Assembly (NCBI GenBank): GCA_007376405.1
Contig: VMGD01000002.1
Location: 8,159 to 72,158, forward strand
DNA from: Microgenomates group bacterium Gr01-1014_7
GTDB taxonomy: Bacteria > Patescibacteriota > Microgenomatia > Daviesbacterales > UBA10151
Direction of reading: 5' to 3'
DNA length: 64,000 nucleotides
The notes under the pieces were generated by a model. That model was given only the letters and a program-made list of their open reading frames with translations. It did no database searches and was not told the DNA's origin. Below are positions 26,759-36,961 of this stretch, piece by piece. Each line of letters starts with the position of its first letter. The stretch's first letter is position 1. Position numbers and translations under genes: made by a program.

Positions 26759-27232
26759 ATGGCTGAAAGAAAAGATTTAAAGCTCTTAAGGAATATTTCA
26801 CAAACTTTTGCAGCAGCTTTTCTGTTTTTAGCACCGGTAGGAAGCGCTAGAGCTGAGTCCGAGGTTAGGGTGGATTTTGAAGTAACCTGTCGCCCGGAGG
26901 CGGCTCCGTTGCTCAGGCTTCCTAATCCATGGCTTAGCATTAGGGGAATTAGAGGTATTTCCGAAGAAGAGGGAGAAGTATTTCTGGTAGTGACAAACAC
27001 CAGTCAGGAGAGAGAGTTTGTATTTCCCTATTTTGAATATATAAAGGGTTTTCAAGAAGCAGGAGTGAGAGAGATGATTCCTCTTGCTGTGCTCCAAGCT
27101 GGTCAGGAATATACTGTTTCACTTCATAAAGTATTACAAAGAACACCTACTATTACTATTTTAGAATGGGCACCACTTTACAGAAGAAACTTCAGGGCTC
27201 CTTCTTGCGCAATCCCTTATAATGTTGTTTAA
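26759..27232 (+). CDS. Hypothetical secreted protein
   Basis: ORF with a signal peptide (AFLFLAPVGSARA). Confidence 0.35.
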   Translation: MAERKDLKLLRNISQTFAAAFLFLAPVGSARAESEVRVDFEVTCRPEAAPLLRLPNPWLSIRGIRGISEEEGEVFLVVTNTSQEREFVFPYFEYIKGFQEAGVREMIPLAVLQAGQEYTVSLHKVLQRTPTITILEWAPLYRRNFRAPSCAIPYNVV

Positions 27233-27243
27233 AATATAGAGAT

Positions 27244-29199
27244 ATGAATAATTTAGTAATAGTTGAATCTCCTACCAAAGCCCGTACATTGCAAAAGTAT
27301 CTGGGAAGTGAATATCAAATTGAGGCTTCTATGGGTCATATCCGGGATCTGCCCAAGAGTGAGTTAGGGGTGGATATTGAGCATGATTTTGAACCCCAAT
27401 ATGTCATACCCCGAGATAAAAGAAAAAGTGTTAATGAACTGAAAAAAACTGCAGAGGCAGCCAAAACTTTGTGGCTGGCCACAGATCCCGATAGAGAAGG
27501 AGAAGCAATAGCTTGGCATATTACCCAAATATTGGGTAGGGAAGGTAGCAGGGTGGTTTTTCATGAGATTACAGAAGATGCTATTAAAGAGGCTTTTAAA
27601 AATCCAAGAGAAATTAATTTAAAACTCGTAGATGCACAGCAAGCCAGAAGGGTCCTAGACAGACTTGTTGGATACAAATTGTCCCCACTGCTTTGGTACA
27701 AAGTTAAAAAGGGTTTGTCTGCCGGAAGAGTTCAATCCGTGGCGCTGCGTTTAATAGTGGAAAGAGAAAGGGAAGTTTTAGCCTTTAAGGCTGTTGAGTA
27801 CTGGATAATTGAGGTAGAGCTCCAAGCGGAAAGGGTAAAGCGTGAAGGGGAAAGTTTTACTGCAACTCTAATAGAACAAAATGGGAAGAAGCTGGAAATA
27901 AAAAACAAAGAAGAGGCTGATGAGCATGTTAAAAATCTGGAGACAGCAGATTATATTGTTTCCAAAATTACCCAAAAAGAGCTTCGCCGCTACCCTTATC
28001 CTCCTTTTACCACCTCCACTCTGCAACAGGCTGCTGCCAACAGGTTGGGAATGTCTGCCAAAAAAACCATGATGCTTGCACAAAATTTATATGAGCACGG
28101 GTTGATTACTTATATGAGAACGGATTCATTTAATATCTCTTCTCAAGCTATTGGTATGGTCAGGGACTATATTGCAAGGTTTTTAGGCAAATCTTATTTG
28201 CCGCAAGCGCCCCGCGCTTACAAGTCAAAATCTAAAAATGTGCAGGAAGCGCACGAGGCGATACGGGCAACAGATGTAAGGGAAAAGGGAGAAGGGTTAA
28301 GGGGAAAGGGTTTAAACAGGGATCATCAGAGGCTTTACGAGTTAATTTGGAAGCGGTTTGTGGCTTGTCAGATGAGTGAAGCGGTAGTTGATCAGACAGT
28401 AGTTGATGTGGCAGCGGCTGATTATACACTACGGGTAACTGGTTCTGTAATTAAGTTTGATGGTTGGCTGAAGCTATATGGAAAGGATGTGGATGAGAGA
28501 GAAGATGAAAAGAAACAAGTATTGCCTGAACTTTCTGAAAATGAGGTATTGAAACTGCTTCAGCTCTTGCCTACGCAGCATTTTACCGAACCTCCCCCAA
28601 GATACAATGAAGCCTCTTTAATAAAAAAACTGGAAGAGTTGGGAATTGGCCGGCCTTCAACTTATGCCCCGACATTATCAACAATTCAGGATAGATTTTA
28701 TGTGGAAAGAAAAGAGCGTAAGTTTTTTCCCACCGCGCTGGGTTTTGCTGTTTGTGATTTTCTGGTTAAGAACTTTCCGGATGTATTTGATTATTCATTT
28801 ACCGCTCAAATGGAAAATGAACTGGATGAAATTGCCAGAGGGGAGCGGCAGTGGCGGTCAACTATAGCAAGTTTTTATGAGCCGTTTGAGAAAAAACTTG
28901 AACAAACTTCAAAAACTGCTGAAAGAGTAAAAGTGGCAGTTGAAGTTAGTGATAAAAAGTGCCCCAAATGCGGTAAAGATTTGGTAATAAGAATCGGTAA
29001 ATTTGGTAAATTTTTGGCCTGTTCCGGTTTTCCGGATTGTAAACATACGGAAGCTTTGGAGGAAAAGGTAAATGCAATTTGTCCGGATGACGGAGGAGAT
29101 ATAGTGGTCAGGCATACCAGAAGAGGTAAGACTTTTTACGGCTGCAAAAACTGGCCCGGCTGCAAATTCGCCTCCTGGACCAAGCCAAAAAACCCTTAA
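27244..29199 (+). CDS. topA: DNA topoisomerase I
   Basis: TOPRIM is present (LVIVESPTKARTLQKYLG, ATDPDREGEAIAW). The active-site region has YMRTDS. C-terminal C4 zinc ribbons are present (CPKCGKD...CSGFPDC). Confidence 0.9.
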   Translation: MNNLVIVESPTKARTLQKYLGSEYQIEASMGHIRDLPKSELGVDIEHDFEPQYVIPRDKRKSVNELKKTAEAAKTLWLATDPDREGEAIAWHITQILGREGSRVVFHEITEDAIKEAFKNPREINLKLVDAQQARRVLDRLVGYKLSPLLWYKVKKGLSAGRVQSVALRLIVEREREVLAFKAVEYWIIEVELQAERVKREGESFTATLIEQNGKKLEIKNKEEADEHVKNLETADYIVSKITQKELRRYPYPPFTTSTLQQAAANRLGMSAKKTMMLAQNLYEHGLITYMRTDSFNISSQAIGMVRDYIARFLGKSYLPQAPRAYKSKSKNVQEAHEAIRATDVREKGEGLRGKGLNRDHQRLYELIWKRFVACQMSEAVVDQTVVDVAAADYTLRVTGSVIKFDGWLKLYGKDVDEREDEKKQVLPELSENEVLKLLQLLPTQHFTEPPPRYNEASLIKKLEELGIGRPSTYAPTLSTIQDRFYVERKERKFFPTALGFAVCDFLVKNFPDVFDYSFTAQMENELDEIARGERQWRSTIASFYEPFEKKLEQTSKTAERVKVAVEVSDKKCPKCGKDLVIRIGKFGKFLACSGFPDCKHTEALEEKVNAICPDDGGDIVVRHTRRGKTFYGCKNWPGCKFASWTKPKNP

Positions 29200-29295
29200 T
29201 ACTTACCTCTTGTATCTTAATACTATTTTTGTTATTATTATGAGGGCCTCAAAAACTTGTCCTGAGCGATTAGCGAAGGATCTCCCCCAAATAAA

Positions 29296-30909
29296 ATGAA
29301 ATATATTTTTGTTAGTGGTGGTGTAATTTCGGGTATTGGTAAGGGCACAACAGCTGCCTCAATTGCCTTCCTCTTAAAATCCGCAGGTTACAAAATTGCC
29401 CCGATTAAATTTGAAAATTACTTAAATTTAGATGCGGGAACTATAAACCCTATTGAACATGGCGATCCCTTTCTTTGTGAGGATGGAACAGAAGCTGACA
29501 TGGATATTGGCACTTATGAGAAATTTTTAGATGAAAACATGGGCAAAGATAACTTTGTTACCATGGGTCAAATTTATCAAACAGTGATTGATCGGGAAAG
29601 AAGGTTTGAATATAACGGGGAAGATGTGGAGGCTATTCCTCATTTAACTAACGAGATTATTGACCGGATTAATCACGTAGGCAAACTGAAAAAAGCCGAT
29701 ATTGTTATCATTGAGCTGGGCGGGACAGCCGGTGAATATCAAAATGTTTTCTACTATGAAGCATCCCGTATCATGACCCTGCAAAATCCCGGGGATGTTT
29801 TGCACATTCATGTTTCCTATGTTCCCACACCCGCTCATTTAGGAGAGCCGAAAACAAAACCTACCCAACTATCTGTTAGAACTTTAAATTCTTTGGGTAT
29901 TCAACCTGATTTTGTGATTACCAGGTCTGAAAAGTATCTGGATCAAAGGAGGAGAGAAAGATTTGCCCTGTTTTGTAATATGAAGCCGGAGGATATTATT
30001 TCCAATCCGGACCTTAAATCCGTTTATGAAATTCCTCTGGTTTTACATTCCCAGGGCATAGAGGAAAAAATACTTAAAAAGTTAGGGTTAAAGGTAAGAA
30101 AGCCTGATCTCCGGGCCTGGGAAAAACTGGTTGAGAAGATAAACAGTAAAAATAAAGCAGTAGAAATTGCCATTGTTGGCAAATACTTTGGAACAGGAGA
30201 TTATCAACTCCGGGATTCATATGCGGCTCTTCTGGATGCGCTGGACCATGCCGGTTTTGCGGTTGGGGTTTCCGTTAATACCAGATGGATAGATGCCGAA
30301 AAGCTAGAGAAAGAGGGTCCGGAAATTATTGGTAAACCAAATGGGTTAATTGTACCGATTGGCTGGGGGCAGCGGGGAGCAGAGGGAATGATTACTGCGG
30401 CATCCTACGCCAGAGAGAGAAAAATTCCCTATTTGGGACTGTGTTATGGAATGCAACTCTCGGTAATTGCTTTTGCCAGGGACATAATAGGCTGGAAAGA
30501 TGCTGACACTACGGAAAACAATCCAAAAACCAGACATCCGGTAATTCATCTTATGCCTAAACAGAAAAAATTTATGGCAAAAAGGGCTTATGGCGGGACA
30601 ATGAGATTAGGCAGCTGGGATGCTATGGTTAAAAAAGAAACCAAGGCTTATGAGATTTACAAAAAAGAACTAACCAGTGAGCGACACAGGCACAGATATG
30701 AATTTAATAATCAATATTTAGCTGATTTTGAGAAAAAAGGGATGATTTTTTCTGCCAGATCAATTGATGAGAATTTAGTAGAAATTATTGAACTTCCAGC
30801 AAAGACACATCCATTTTATATTGCCACACAAGGCCATCCTGAATATAAATCCCGCCCCTTAAAACCCCATCCAATATTCTTAGCCTTTTTAGAGGCAGTC
30901 AGTAAGTAA
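29296..30909 (+). CDS. pyrG: CTP synthase
   Basis: The N-terminus MKYIFVSGGVISGIGKG is typical. The glutaminase domain carries LGLCYGMQL and a HRHRYEFN-like region. Confidence 0.92.
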   Translation: MKYIFVSGGVISGIGKGTTAASIAFLLKSAGYKIAPIKFENYLNLDAGTINPIEHGDPFLCEDGTEADMDIGTYEKFLDENMGKDNFVTMGQIYQTVIDRERRFEYNGEDVEAIPHLTNEIIDRINHVGKLKKADIVIIELGGTAGEYQNVFYYEASRIMTLQNPGDVLHIHVSYVPTPAHLGEPKTKPTQLSVRTLNSLGIQPDFVITRSEKYLDQRRRERFALFCNMKPEDIISNPDLKSVYEIPLVLHSQGIEEKILKKLGLKVRKPDLRAWEKLVEKINSKNKAVEIAIVGKYFGTGDYQLRDSYAALLDALDHAGFAVGVSVNTRWIDAEKLEKEGPEIIGKPNGLIVPIGWGQRGAEGMITAASYARERKIPYLGLCYGMQLSVIAFARDIIGWKDADTTENNPKTRHPVIHLMPKQKKFMAKRAYGGTMRLGSWDAMVKKETKAYEIYKKELTSERHRHRYEFNNQYLADFEKKGMIFSARSIDENLVEIIELPAKTHPFYIATQGHPEYKSRPLKPHPIFLAFLEAVSK

Positions 30910-31019
30910 GTTATTAAATTACTCAATCTAGTTTGTATTGCCTATTGCATCAGGAGAATTCTAATCAAATAATCGGGTACTTGACAAATACCCCATAACA
31001 TGTTATTATTACTTTTAAT

Positions 31020-31295
31020 ATGATCGATGTTGAACAAAACATAGGAAAAGCGTTTGGAAGAGGTTTTAGAGACTCTACCCTAGGTGGTCTAAATTGGTTA
31101 AAAGGTGACAGAGGTCGCGCATATGGTTATTTTTGTGCACAGTTTGACAGAGTAACAAACGCTGACGGAAAGTATAGACACAATTTTGAAGCAATCCTCG
31201 ACCGGGCTGGTTACACTGTAGGAGGCTTACTGGTTGGTCTCCCAATGGGTATAAGAGACCTTGTTCCGTACGTTCTAAAAAGGGTAATTAAATAA
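31020..31295 (+). CDS. Hypothetical small protein
   Basis: ORF only. Confidence 0.3.
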   Translation: MIDVEQNIGKAFGRGFRDSTLGGLNWLKGDRGRAYGYFCAQFDRVTNADGKYRHNFEAILDRAGYTVGGLLVGLPMGIRDLVPYVLKRVIK

Positions 31296-31497
31296 AAGGT
31301 AGAAAAAGTTAATACTCCTGAGGTTTTTGTTTCATTTCTTACCCCTTGAATTATTTTTCTTTTAACGTCTTCTGTTATAATTTCCTCATGTCAGACTATT
31401 ATTATTTCGATGATAGAGAAAGTGATTGGGGTTACACTCCTGTTCCGGGAGAAGATTATATTATGGCCATTTTGAAGATTGCTAAAAGCATCTAAAA

Positions 31498-32148
31498 ATG
31501 ATAGATAAAAAGTTTAGGTTTAAATTAAAAGGTAAAACAGCGGTCTTTATTGATTGGGCAAATGTTTACGGCTGGGATTACGGTTCTTCGAATAAACACA
31601 GACAAAAACCAATAGATCCTCCAAAACTCTACAGTTATCTTAAGAGTTATAAAGAAGTTGACGATATCCGTTTTTACTATGGTTTGGATAAACATCCAAA
31701 GTCAAAGCAGTTTTTAAAGAAAGTAAAGCTTATTGGATTCAGTGTAGTTACCAAAGAAGTAAAGTATATTCCAGTAAGCCTTGATTCATCTCACTTTAGA
31801 CAGCTGGCAAAAGAAGTCAGAGATTCACTAGCTTCAATGAAGAAACTGGATCCAATAGATATAGAAAAAATCTTGCAAATCTTCAATAGGAAAATTTTAC
31901 GCAGGAAATGTGATTTTGATATTGAAATATCAATGGATGTACATAGTTTGCAAGATAAATTTGATACATTTATCTTCTTTTCAGGTGATGGAGATTTTGC
32001 ACCGCTCATCAATTACCTGGCAGGAAAACAAAAGCAAGTAATTGTAGTCTTTGGTGAAGGTCATTTAGGGAAAGAAATAGCAAAACTTGGGAAGAAGGTT
32101 TATCTATGTAATGCAAAAAATATCCCCCCGATTTCTCGAGGGGCGTGA
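31498..32148 (+). CDS. NYN/LabA-like domain protein
   Basis: The pattern KTAVFIDWANV...FIFFSGDGDFAPLINYL is typical of the NYN (LabA/DUF88) nuclease-like domain. Confidence 0.55.
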   Translation: MIDKKFRFKLKGKTAVFIDWANVYGWDYGSSNKHRQKPIDPPKLYSYLKSYKEVDDIRFYYGLDKHPKSKQFLKKVKLIGFSVVTKEVKYIPVSLDSSHFRQLAKEVRDSLASMKKLDPIDIEKILQIFNRKILRRKCDFDIEISMDVHSLQDKFDTFIFFSGDGDFAPLINYLAGKQKQVIVVFGEGHLGKEIAKLGKKVYLCNAKNIPPISRGA

Positions 32149-32186
32149 TTGTTTATATTTAATCACAGATCAGTATAATTGTCAAT

Positions 32187-32840
32187 ATGAAAGGTAAGCT
32201 AATAGTTATAGATGGTACAGATGGGGCCGGCAAAACTACACAAATTAACTTGCTTTCTAGATGGTTAAAAGAAAAAAAGATTGCATATGAGGTAATTAGT
32301 TTTCCCAGGTATGGGCAGAACCAATATGCAAAGTTAGTTAAAAAATATCTGGAAGGTGAATATGGATCTATTAATAAGGTGGATTCGTATAAAATATCAA
32401 AGTTTTACGCAGGAGATAGGTTACTTGCTAAGCCATTAATAGAAAAGTGGCTAAGCAGGGGAAAATTGGTTTTGGCCAACAGGTATGTTTCATCCAATAA
32501 GGCTCACATGGGAGCAAATTTGCCTGCAAAGGAAAGAGAAAAATTCTTCAAATGGCTGGATAAGTTGGAATATGAAACAAACGGTATTCCTAAAGAAGAT
32601 TTAACCATACTTTTGGATGTTGATCCAAAAGTGGGCCAGAAAAATGTTTTAAGTAAACAGAAGCCTGACCTTCATGAAGATAGTCTTGCGCATCTGGAAC
32701 AGGCAAATAAGATTTATTTGCAGCTCTCTGGAGCCGAACCCAACTGGCAGGTGGTTAACTGTATGCAAAATGGCCAAATGAGATCTAAAGAAGACATTCA
32801 CAGGGAAATAATGAATATCTTAAACAGTAAGATTTTTTAG
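32187..32840 (+). CDS. tmk: Thymidylate kinase
   Basis: The P-loop LIVIDGTDGAGKTTQ is present, with DRY-like and lid regions. Confidence 0.8.
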   Translation: MKGKLIVIDGTDGAGKTTQINLLSRWLKEKKIAYEVISFPRYGQNQYAKLVKKYLEGEYGSINKVDSYKISKFYAGDRLLAKPLIEKWLSRGKLVLANRYVSSNKAHMGANLPAKEREKFFKWLDKLEYETNGIPKEDLTILLDVDPKVGQKNVLSKQKPDLHEDSLAHLEQANKIYLQLSGAEPNWQVVNCMQNGQMRSKEDIHREIMNILNSKIF

Positions 32841-33481
32841 GTTTTCAGAAGAGAAAAAGCCCGATCGATATCCTTACTATCCAGAACAACAGTTAATTCC
32901 GTGAAGGTTGAAACAGCTTCAATTAGATTTATTCCTTCCCAAGCCAAGATTTTGAGCATTGAATATAATACTCCTGGTGTTTTTGTTGCTTCTACAGGAA
33001 TTCTAACTGTTAAAGAGGATAGATTTTCAATGCTGCAAACCGGTGTTTCATCTTTAAATATTTCTTTTATGTCCTTATCCAAAGCTTCACTTGCAATGAT
33101 TGTTACCTGACTTATGCCATTAGAAATTGTTATAAAAATATCTTTTCTGTTTGCGGTTTTTTCAAGTAATTTATCTTGCGCATTTCCCAGAGTTGGAGAA
33201 TTCAAGAATGTATAGTCAATGAGATTAGATCGAATTGTTATATCACCTAAAGTTTTTAAAATGTCCGAATTATTAGGTAAAGTACCTTTAAGTTTAAAAG
33301 AAATTCTTTTTAAAGCCATTATAACGGCGCCTGTCCTTATATCTTTAAAGAGTTTTTCCTCAATTTTTGGCTTAAGGTAACGGGCCAAAGAAGAATAATT
33401 CACAATATCGGATGCCAGAGCTGCTTCCAGGAAGGGAGTTTCTTTTATAAGGCTTTCTACTACTTGTGATGTGGATATCAT
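32837..33481 (-). CDS. Hypothetical protein with a possible C-terminal ACT-like domain
   Basis: The C-terminus, GVLYSMLKILAWEGINLIEAVSTFTELTVVLD, resembles an ACT fold. The assignment is weak. Confidence 0.3.
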   Translation of the reverse strand: MISTSQVVESLIKETPFLEAALASDIVNYSSLARYLKPKIEEKLFKDIRTGAVIMALKRISFKLKGTLPNNSDILKTLGDITIRSNLIDYTFLNSPTLGNAQDKLLEKTANRKDIFITISNGISQVTIIASEALDKDIKEIFKDETPVCSIENLSSLTVRIPVEATKTPGVLYSMLKILAWEGINLIEAVSTFTELTVVLDSKDIDRAFSLLKT

Positions 33482-33592
33482 GTTAAATATTTAACATATT
33501 TTGTTAAAATTGTCAAGTTTTGTTAAAAATTTGACACACAGCGTGTTTATATATATTATCCTCCTCACACCCAAAGGAGGTGAAATAAATTT

Positions 33593-34534
33593 ATGTCAGA
33601 ACATGAAGAGCAGTTTGGAAGATTGATTACCGCCATGGTTACTCCTTTTGACCAAGAAGGGAATCTTGATACCAGACAGACCATCAATTTGGCAAGGCAT
33701 CTGGTTGATACAGGATCAGAAGGTATAGTTGTGGCAGGGACTACAGGGGAATCACCTACATTGACCGAGCATGAAAGAAGAGAGCTATTAAATACTGTAT
33801 TGGAGGCGGTAGGCGATCATGCAAGGATTATTGCCGGAACGAGCACCTATTCAACTGGAGAAAGTGTCCGTTTATCAAGAATGGCTCAAGCAGAAGGAGC
33901 GCATGGTCTTCTTTTGGTTACGCCATATTACAATAAGCCATCGCAAGAAGGTCTGTATAGGCATTTTGCAGCGATTGCTGATTCAGTTACTCTTCCGGTG
34001 ATTCTTTACAATGTTCCTTCCAGGACTAATGTTAACATGCTTCCTGAAACCGTTCGTCGGCTTGATGAATCGTTTGGGAATATTGTAGGACTAAAAGAGG
34101 CGATTGGTACATCAGATGAGAAGGGACAAAGACAGGTTAATCTTGTTATTGGAGGAAAATCTCCCGGATTTGAGGTCTGGAGCGGTAACGACCAGGATAC
34201 TCTGTTTTTTCTAAGGAATGGAGGTTACGGAGTGGTTTCAGTAGCAAGTCATCTTGTAGGTAGATCCATTAGAACAATGATGGATTTACAACTGTCAGGA
34301 CAGGAAGAAGATGCACAAAGAGAGCATCATCGCTTAATGCCTCTTTTTGATACTCTTTTTCCGCCAACTGCACCTGAACCTTCTCCTGCATCTATAAAGG
34401 CAATGCTAAATATTGCAGGAATGGAAGTTGGAGGTTTAAGGTTGCCTCTGGTGGAAGTGCCGGAAACTTACAGATGTTATCTGCAAGATCTTATGTCAGG
34501 GTATGAGCTTGCACCTGCTAGGATATCTGCCTAA
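33593..34534 (+). CDS. dapA: 4-hydroxy-tetrahydrodipicolinate synthase
   Basis: It has TAMVTPF, GIVVAGTTGESPTLT and ILYNVPSRT, plus the Schiff-base Lys region. Confidence 0.85.
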   Translation: MSEHEEQFGRLITAMVTPFDQEGNLDTRQTINLARHLVDTGSEGIVVAGTTGESPTLTEHERRELLNTVLEAVGDHARIIAGTSTYSTGESVRLSRMAQAEGAHGLLLVTPYYNKPSQEGLYRHFAAIADSVTLPVILYNVPSRTNVNMLPETVRRLDESFGNIVGLKEAIGTSDEKGQRQVNLVIGGKSPGFEVWSGNDQDTLFFLRNGGYGVVSVASHLVGRSIRTMMDLQLSGQEEDAQREHHRLMPLFDTLFPPTAPEPSPASIKAMLNIAGMEVGGLRLPLVEVPETYRCYLQDLMSGYELAPARISA

Positions 34535-34698
34535 GGAAAATAATTTAAAGATAGGTTGTCTCTATATATGTAGGGGCAGCCTATCTTTTTTGTACCAATC
34601 ATATTTGCAAAATGGACAAGATAACCCTAAAGGACTATTTTGTCCAAAAAGTAAAACATAATTTCCCACTTGAAAAAAAGTGCTTGGCAGAATAAAGT

Positions 34699-35346
34699 AT
34701 GCTAGTCATTATGCCAAGAAAGCCTTCCAAAAAACTTACTGTTCAAAATATAGTCGGAACTTTGCCGGATTGGGTGATAAAGCAGTATATAAAGAAAGGG
34801 GTTATTAAGATTAATCCGCTGCCAAAGGATTGGGAAGATAGTGTTGATGAGGTCACTATAGATTTTCATCTGGGAAATAAACTGCGGGTTTTTACCGGGG
34901 ATGGCTGGGATATTATTGATACCAAGCACACTACCAAACAAGAAGTGGAATCCATGATGAAGCTGGTAGAGTTAAAACCGGGCCAGCCCTTTGTTTTATC
35001 CGATAAAGATTTTGTCATTGCCACCACCAAAGAAAAATTAACTTTACCTGATGATATTGTTGGTCATTTGCACGGCAAAAGCTCCCTGGCAAGGCTGGGC
35101 ATTGCTGTTCATTCCACAGCCGCCCGCTTTGATCCGGGCTGGGACGGGCATCCGGTTTTGGAATTCGGCACTTTTTTAAAAGGGAAAAGAGTGGTGATTT
35201 ATGAAGGCTCGCCGATTTGCGCTTTTTCTTTTGAGAAGCTGGGAGCTGCAGTTGAACGCTCATATAAGAAAAGCCCCAACAATAGATATGGAGGATCGGA
35301 TCTACCACAAGTCTCTAATTTAATGGGAAAAAGGAAAAAGAAGTAG
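34699..35346 (+). CDS. dcd: dCTP deaminase (dUTPase superfamily)
   Basis: LHGKSSLARLGIAVHSTAARFDPGWDG matches the dCTP deaminase signature. Confidence 0.75.
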   Translation: MLVIMPRKPSKKLTVQNIVGTLPDWVIKQYIKKGVIKINPLPKDWEDSVDEVTIDFHLGNKLRVFTGDGWDIIDTKHTTKQEVESMMKLVELKPGQPFVLSDKDFVIATTKEKLTLPDDIVGHLHGKSSLARLGIAVHSTAARFDPGWDGHPVLEFGTFLKGKRVVIYEGSPICAFSFEKLGAAVERSYKKSPNNRYGGSDLPQVSNLMGKRKKK

Positions 35347-35424
35347 TAAGTATTACGTATTATGTATTAAGGGTTTTAATTGCAATTTCCCATAATACTT
35401 AATACATGCTACATAATACAATTC

Positions 35425-35979
35425 ATGAGCGTAATAGGGATAAATGAAATTCTCCAAAGAGTAAGGAAGAATAAATTAATCGAAAACCTCGGGAATCGTG
35501 AACTTAAAGATCCCGAAGGAGTAGGGGTAGATCTACGGTTGGGGGCAGTTTATCAAATTGCCGAGGGTGGTGCTTTTATAGAGGCTAATTTGGGGAAAAG
35601 AAAAGGGGTTAAGGTAGAATTAATTGTGCAGTACAAAAAAAGAGGTAGGCAAAAAGAAATAGTCATAAAGCCAGGTGAATATTATTTAGTTTCAACAGTA
35701 GAAGTAATAAATACCCCTAAGGATTTAATGCCCGTAGTTTACCCGAGAACTTCTTTATTCAGGGCCGGATTACTTTTATTAAATTCTAAGACAGACCCTG
35801 GTTATAAAGGTGTCCTAACCATGGGACTTAAAAATTTATCAGAATTTGAAGTTAAGCTGCAAATGGGATCTAGAATTTGTAACATAGTTTTTTTTAAAAT
35901 TGAGGGGCAAACTGCAAACTACCGGGGTCAGCACCAAGGTGGTAGAATATCTCCAGAAAATGAAGAACAGCAGGTTTAA
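35425..35979 (+). CDS. Second dCTP deaminase/dUTPase-family paralog
   Basis: It has [33 protein letters not shown] and DPGYKG. The start was chosen at the internal Met MSVIG. Confidence 0.6.
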   Translation: MSVIGINEILQRVRKNKLIENLGNRELKDPEGVGVDLRLGAVYQIAEGGAFIEANLGKRKGVKVELIVQYKKRGRQKEIVIKPGEYYLVSTVEVINTPKDLMPVVYPRTSLFRAGLLLLNSKTDPGYKGVLTMGLKNLSEFEVKLQMGSRICNIVFFKIEGQTANYRGQHQGGRISPENEEQQV

Positions 35980-36928
35980 ACATCCGGAATATCAGTACCT
36001 GGAACTTTTAAAAGACATCCTGAAAAATGGAGTAGACAAACCTGTGTTTAATAATCCCGGAGTTACCATCAGATCGGTTTTTGGCAGGCAAATGAGATTT
36101 GATTTATCCAAAGGTTTCCCACTTTTAACTACAAAAAAAGTATTCTTGAGGGCGATTATTCATGAACTTCTCTGGTTTTTAAAAGGTGACTCCAATATTA
36201 AATATTTGGTGGATCAGGATGTGCATATTTGGGATGAATGGGCATATAAAAAGTACAAAACTCAAAACTCAAAAGTCAAAAGTCAAAAATTATTAACACA
36301 GGAAGAATTTATACAAAAATTAAAAGAACTTCCCAAAAATCACTCCTTTGTAAAAAAATACGGAGATTTGGGAAATGTTTATGGAGTTCAATGGAGGAAA
36401 TGGAGGACATCTGATGGTAGATTAATTGACCAGCTGGGCTGGGCAGTTAATGAGTTAAAGACCACTCCTTTTAGAAAATCAATTGTGGTTTCAGCCTGGA
36501 ATCCGGAGTTTATTTATGAAATGGCCCTGCCCGGAAAATCCATGGCTCTTCCACCTTGCCATACCCTATTTCAATTTATTGTTAATAAAGGCAGATTATC
36601 TTTGCAGCTTTATCAGCGGTCTGCTGATTCTTTTTTGGGAGTGCCGTTTAATATTGCCTCATATGCACTGTTTACAATGATGATTGCCCAAGTAGTGGGA
36701 CTTAAGCCGGGAGAATTTGTCCATACTTTTGGAGACGTACATATTTATAGTAATCATGTGCCCCAAGTAAAGGAACAATTAAAGAGGGTTCCCCGCTCTT
36801 TTCCTAAAATGAAAATAAATCCAAAAGTTAAAAATATAGATGATTTTAAATTTGAAGATTTTGAAGTAATGGGTTATAACCCGTATCCGCCAATTAAAGG
36901 AGAAGTAACTGTAGTGGGGGGATTCTAA
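35960..36928 (+). CDS. thyA: Thymidylate synthase (ThyA) with a low-complexity insertion
   Basis: It has LPPCH ([11 protein letters not shown]), [16 protein letters not shown] and QRSAD. The start was chosen at MKNSRF to minimize overlap. Confidence 0.85.
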   Translation: MKNSRFKHPEYQYLELLKDILKNGVDKPVFNNPGVTIRSVFGRQMRFDLSKGFPLLTTKKVFLRAIIHELLWFLKGDSNIKYLVDQDVHIWDEWAYKKYKTQNSKVKSQKLLTQEEFIQKLKELPKNHSFVKKYGDLGNVYGVQWRKWRTSDGRLIDQLGWAVNELKTTPFRKSIVVSAWNPEFIYEMALPGKSMALPPCHTLFQFIVNKGRLSLQLYQRSADSFLGVPFNIASYALFTMMIAQVVGLKPGEFVHTFGDVHIYSNHVPQVKEQLKRVPRSFPKMKINPKVKNIDDFKFEDFEVMGYNPYPPIKGEVTVVGGF

Positions 36929-36961
36929 TTTGTAGTAAGTATTAAGTAGTATGTATTAAGT

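Noticed and set aside
36241-36295. The tandem aaaactcaaaa repeat inside thyA, considered as an independent repeat element.
   Set aside because: It is in frame, encodes a Lys/Gln/Ser-rich linker within a variable surface insertion of ThyA, and is too short for a mobile element. It is noted only within the thyA description.
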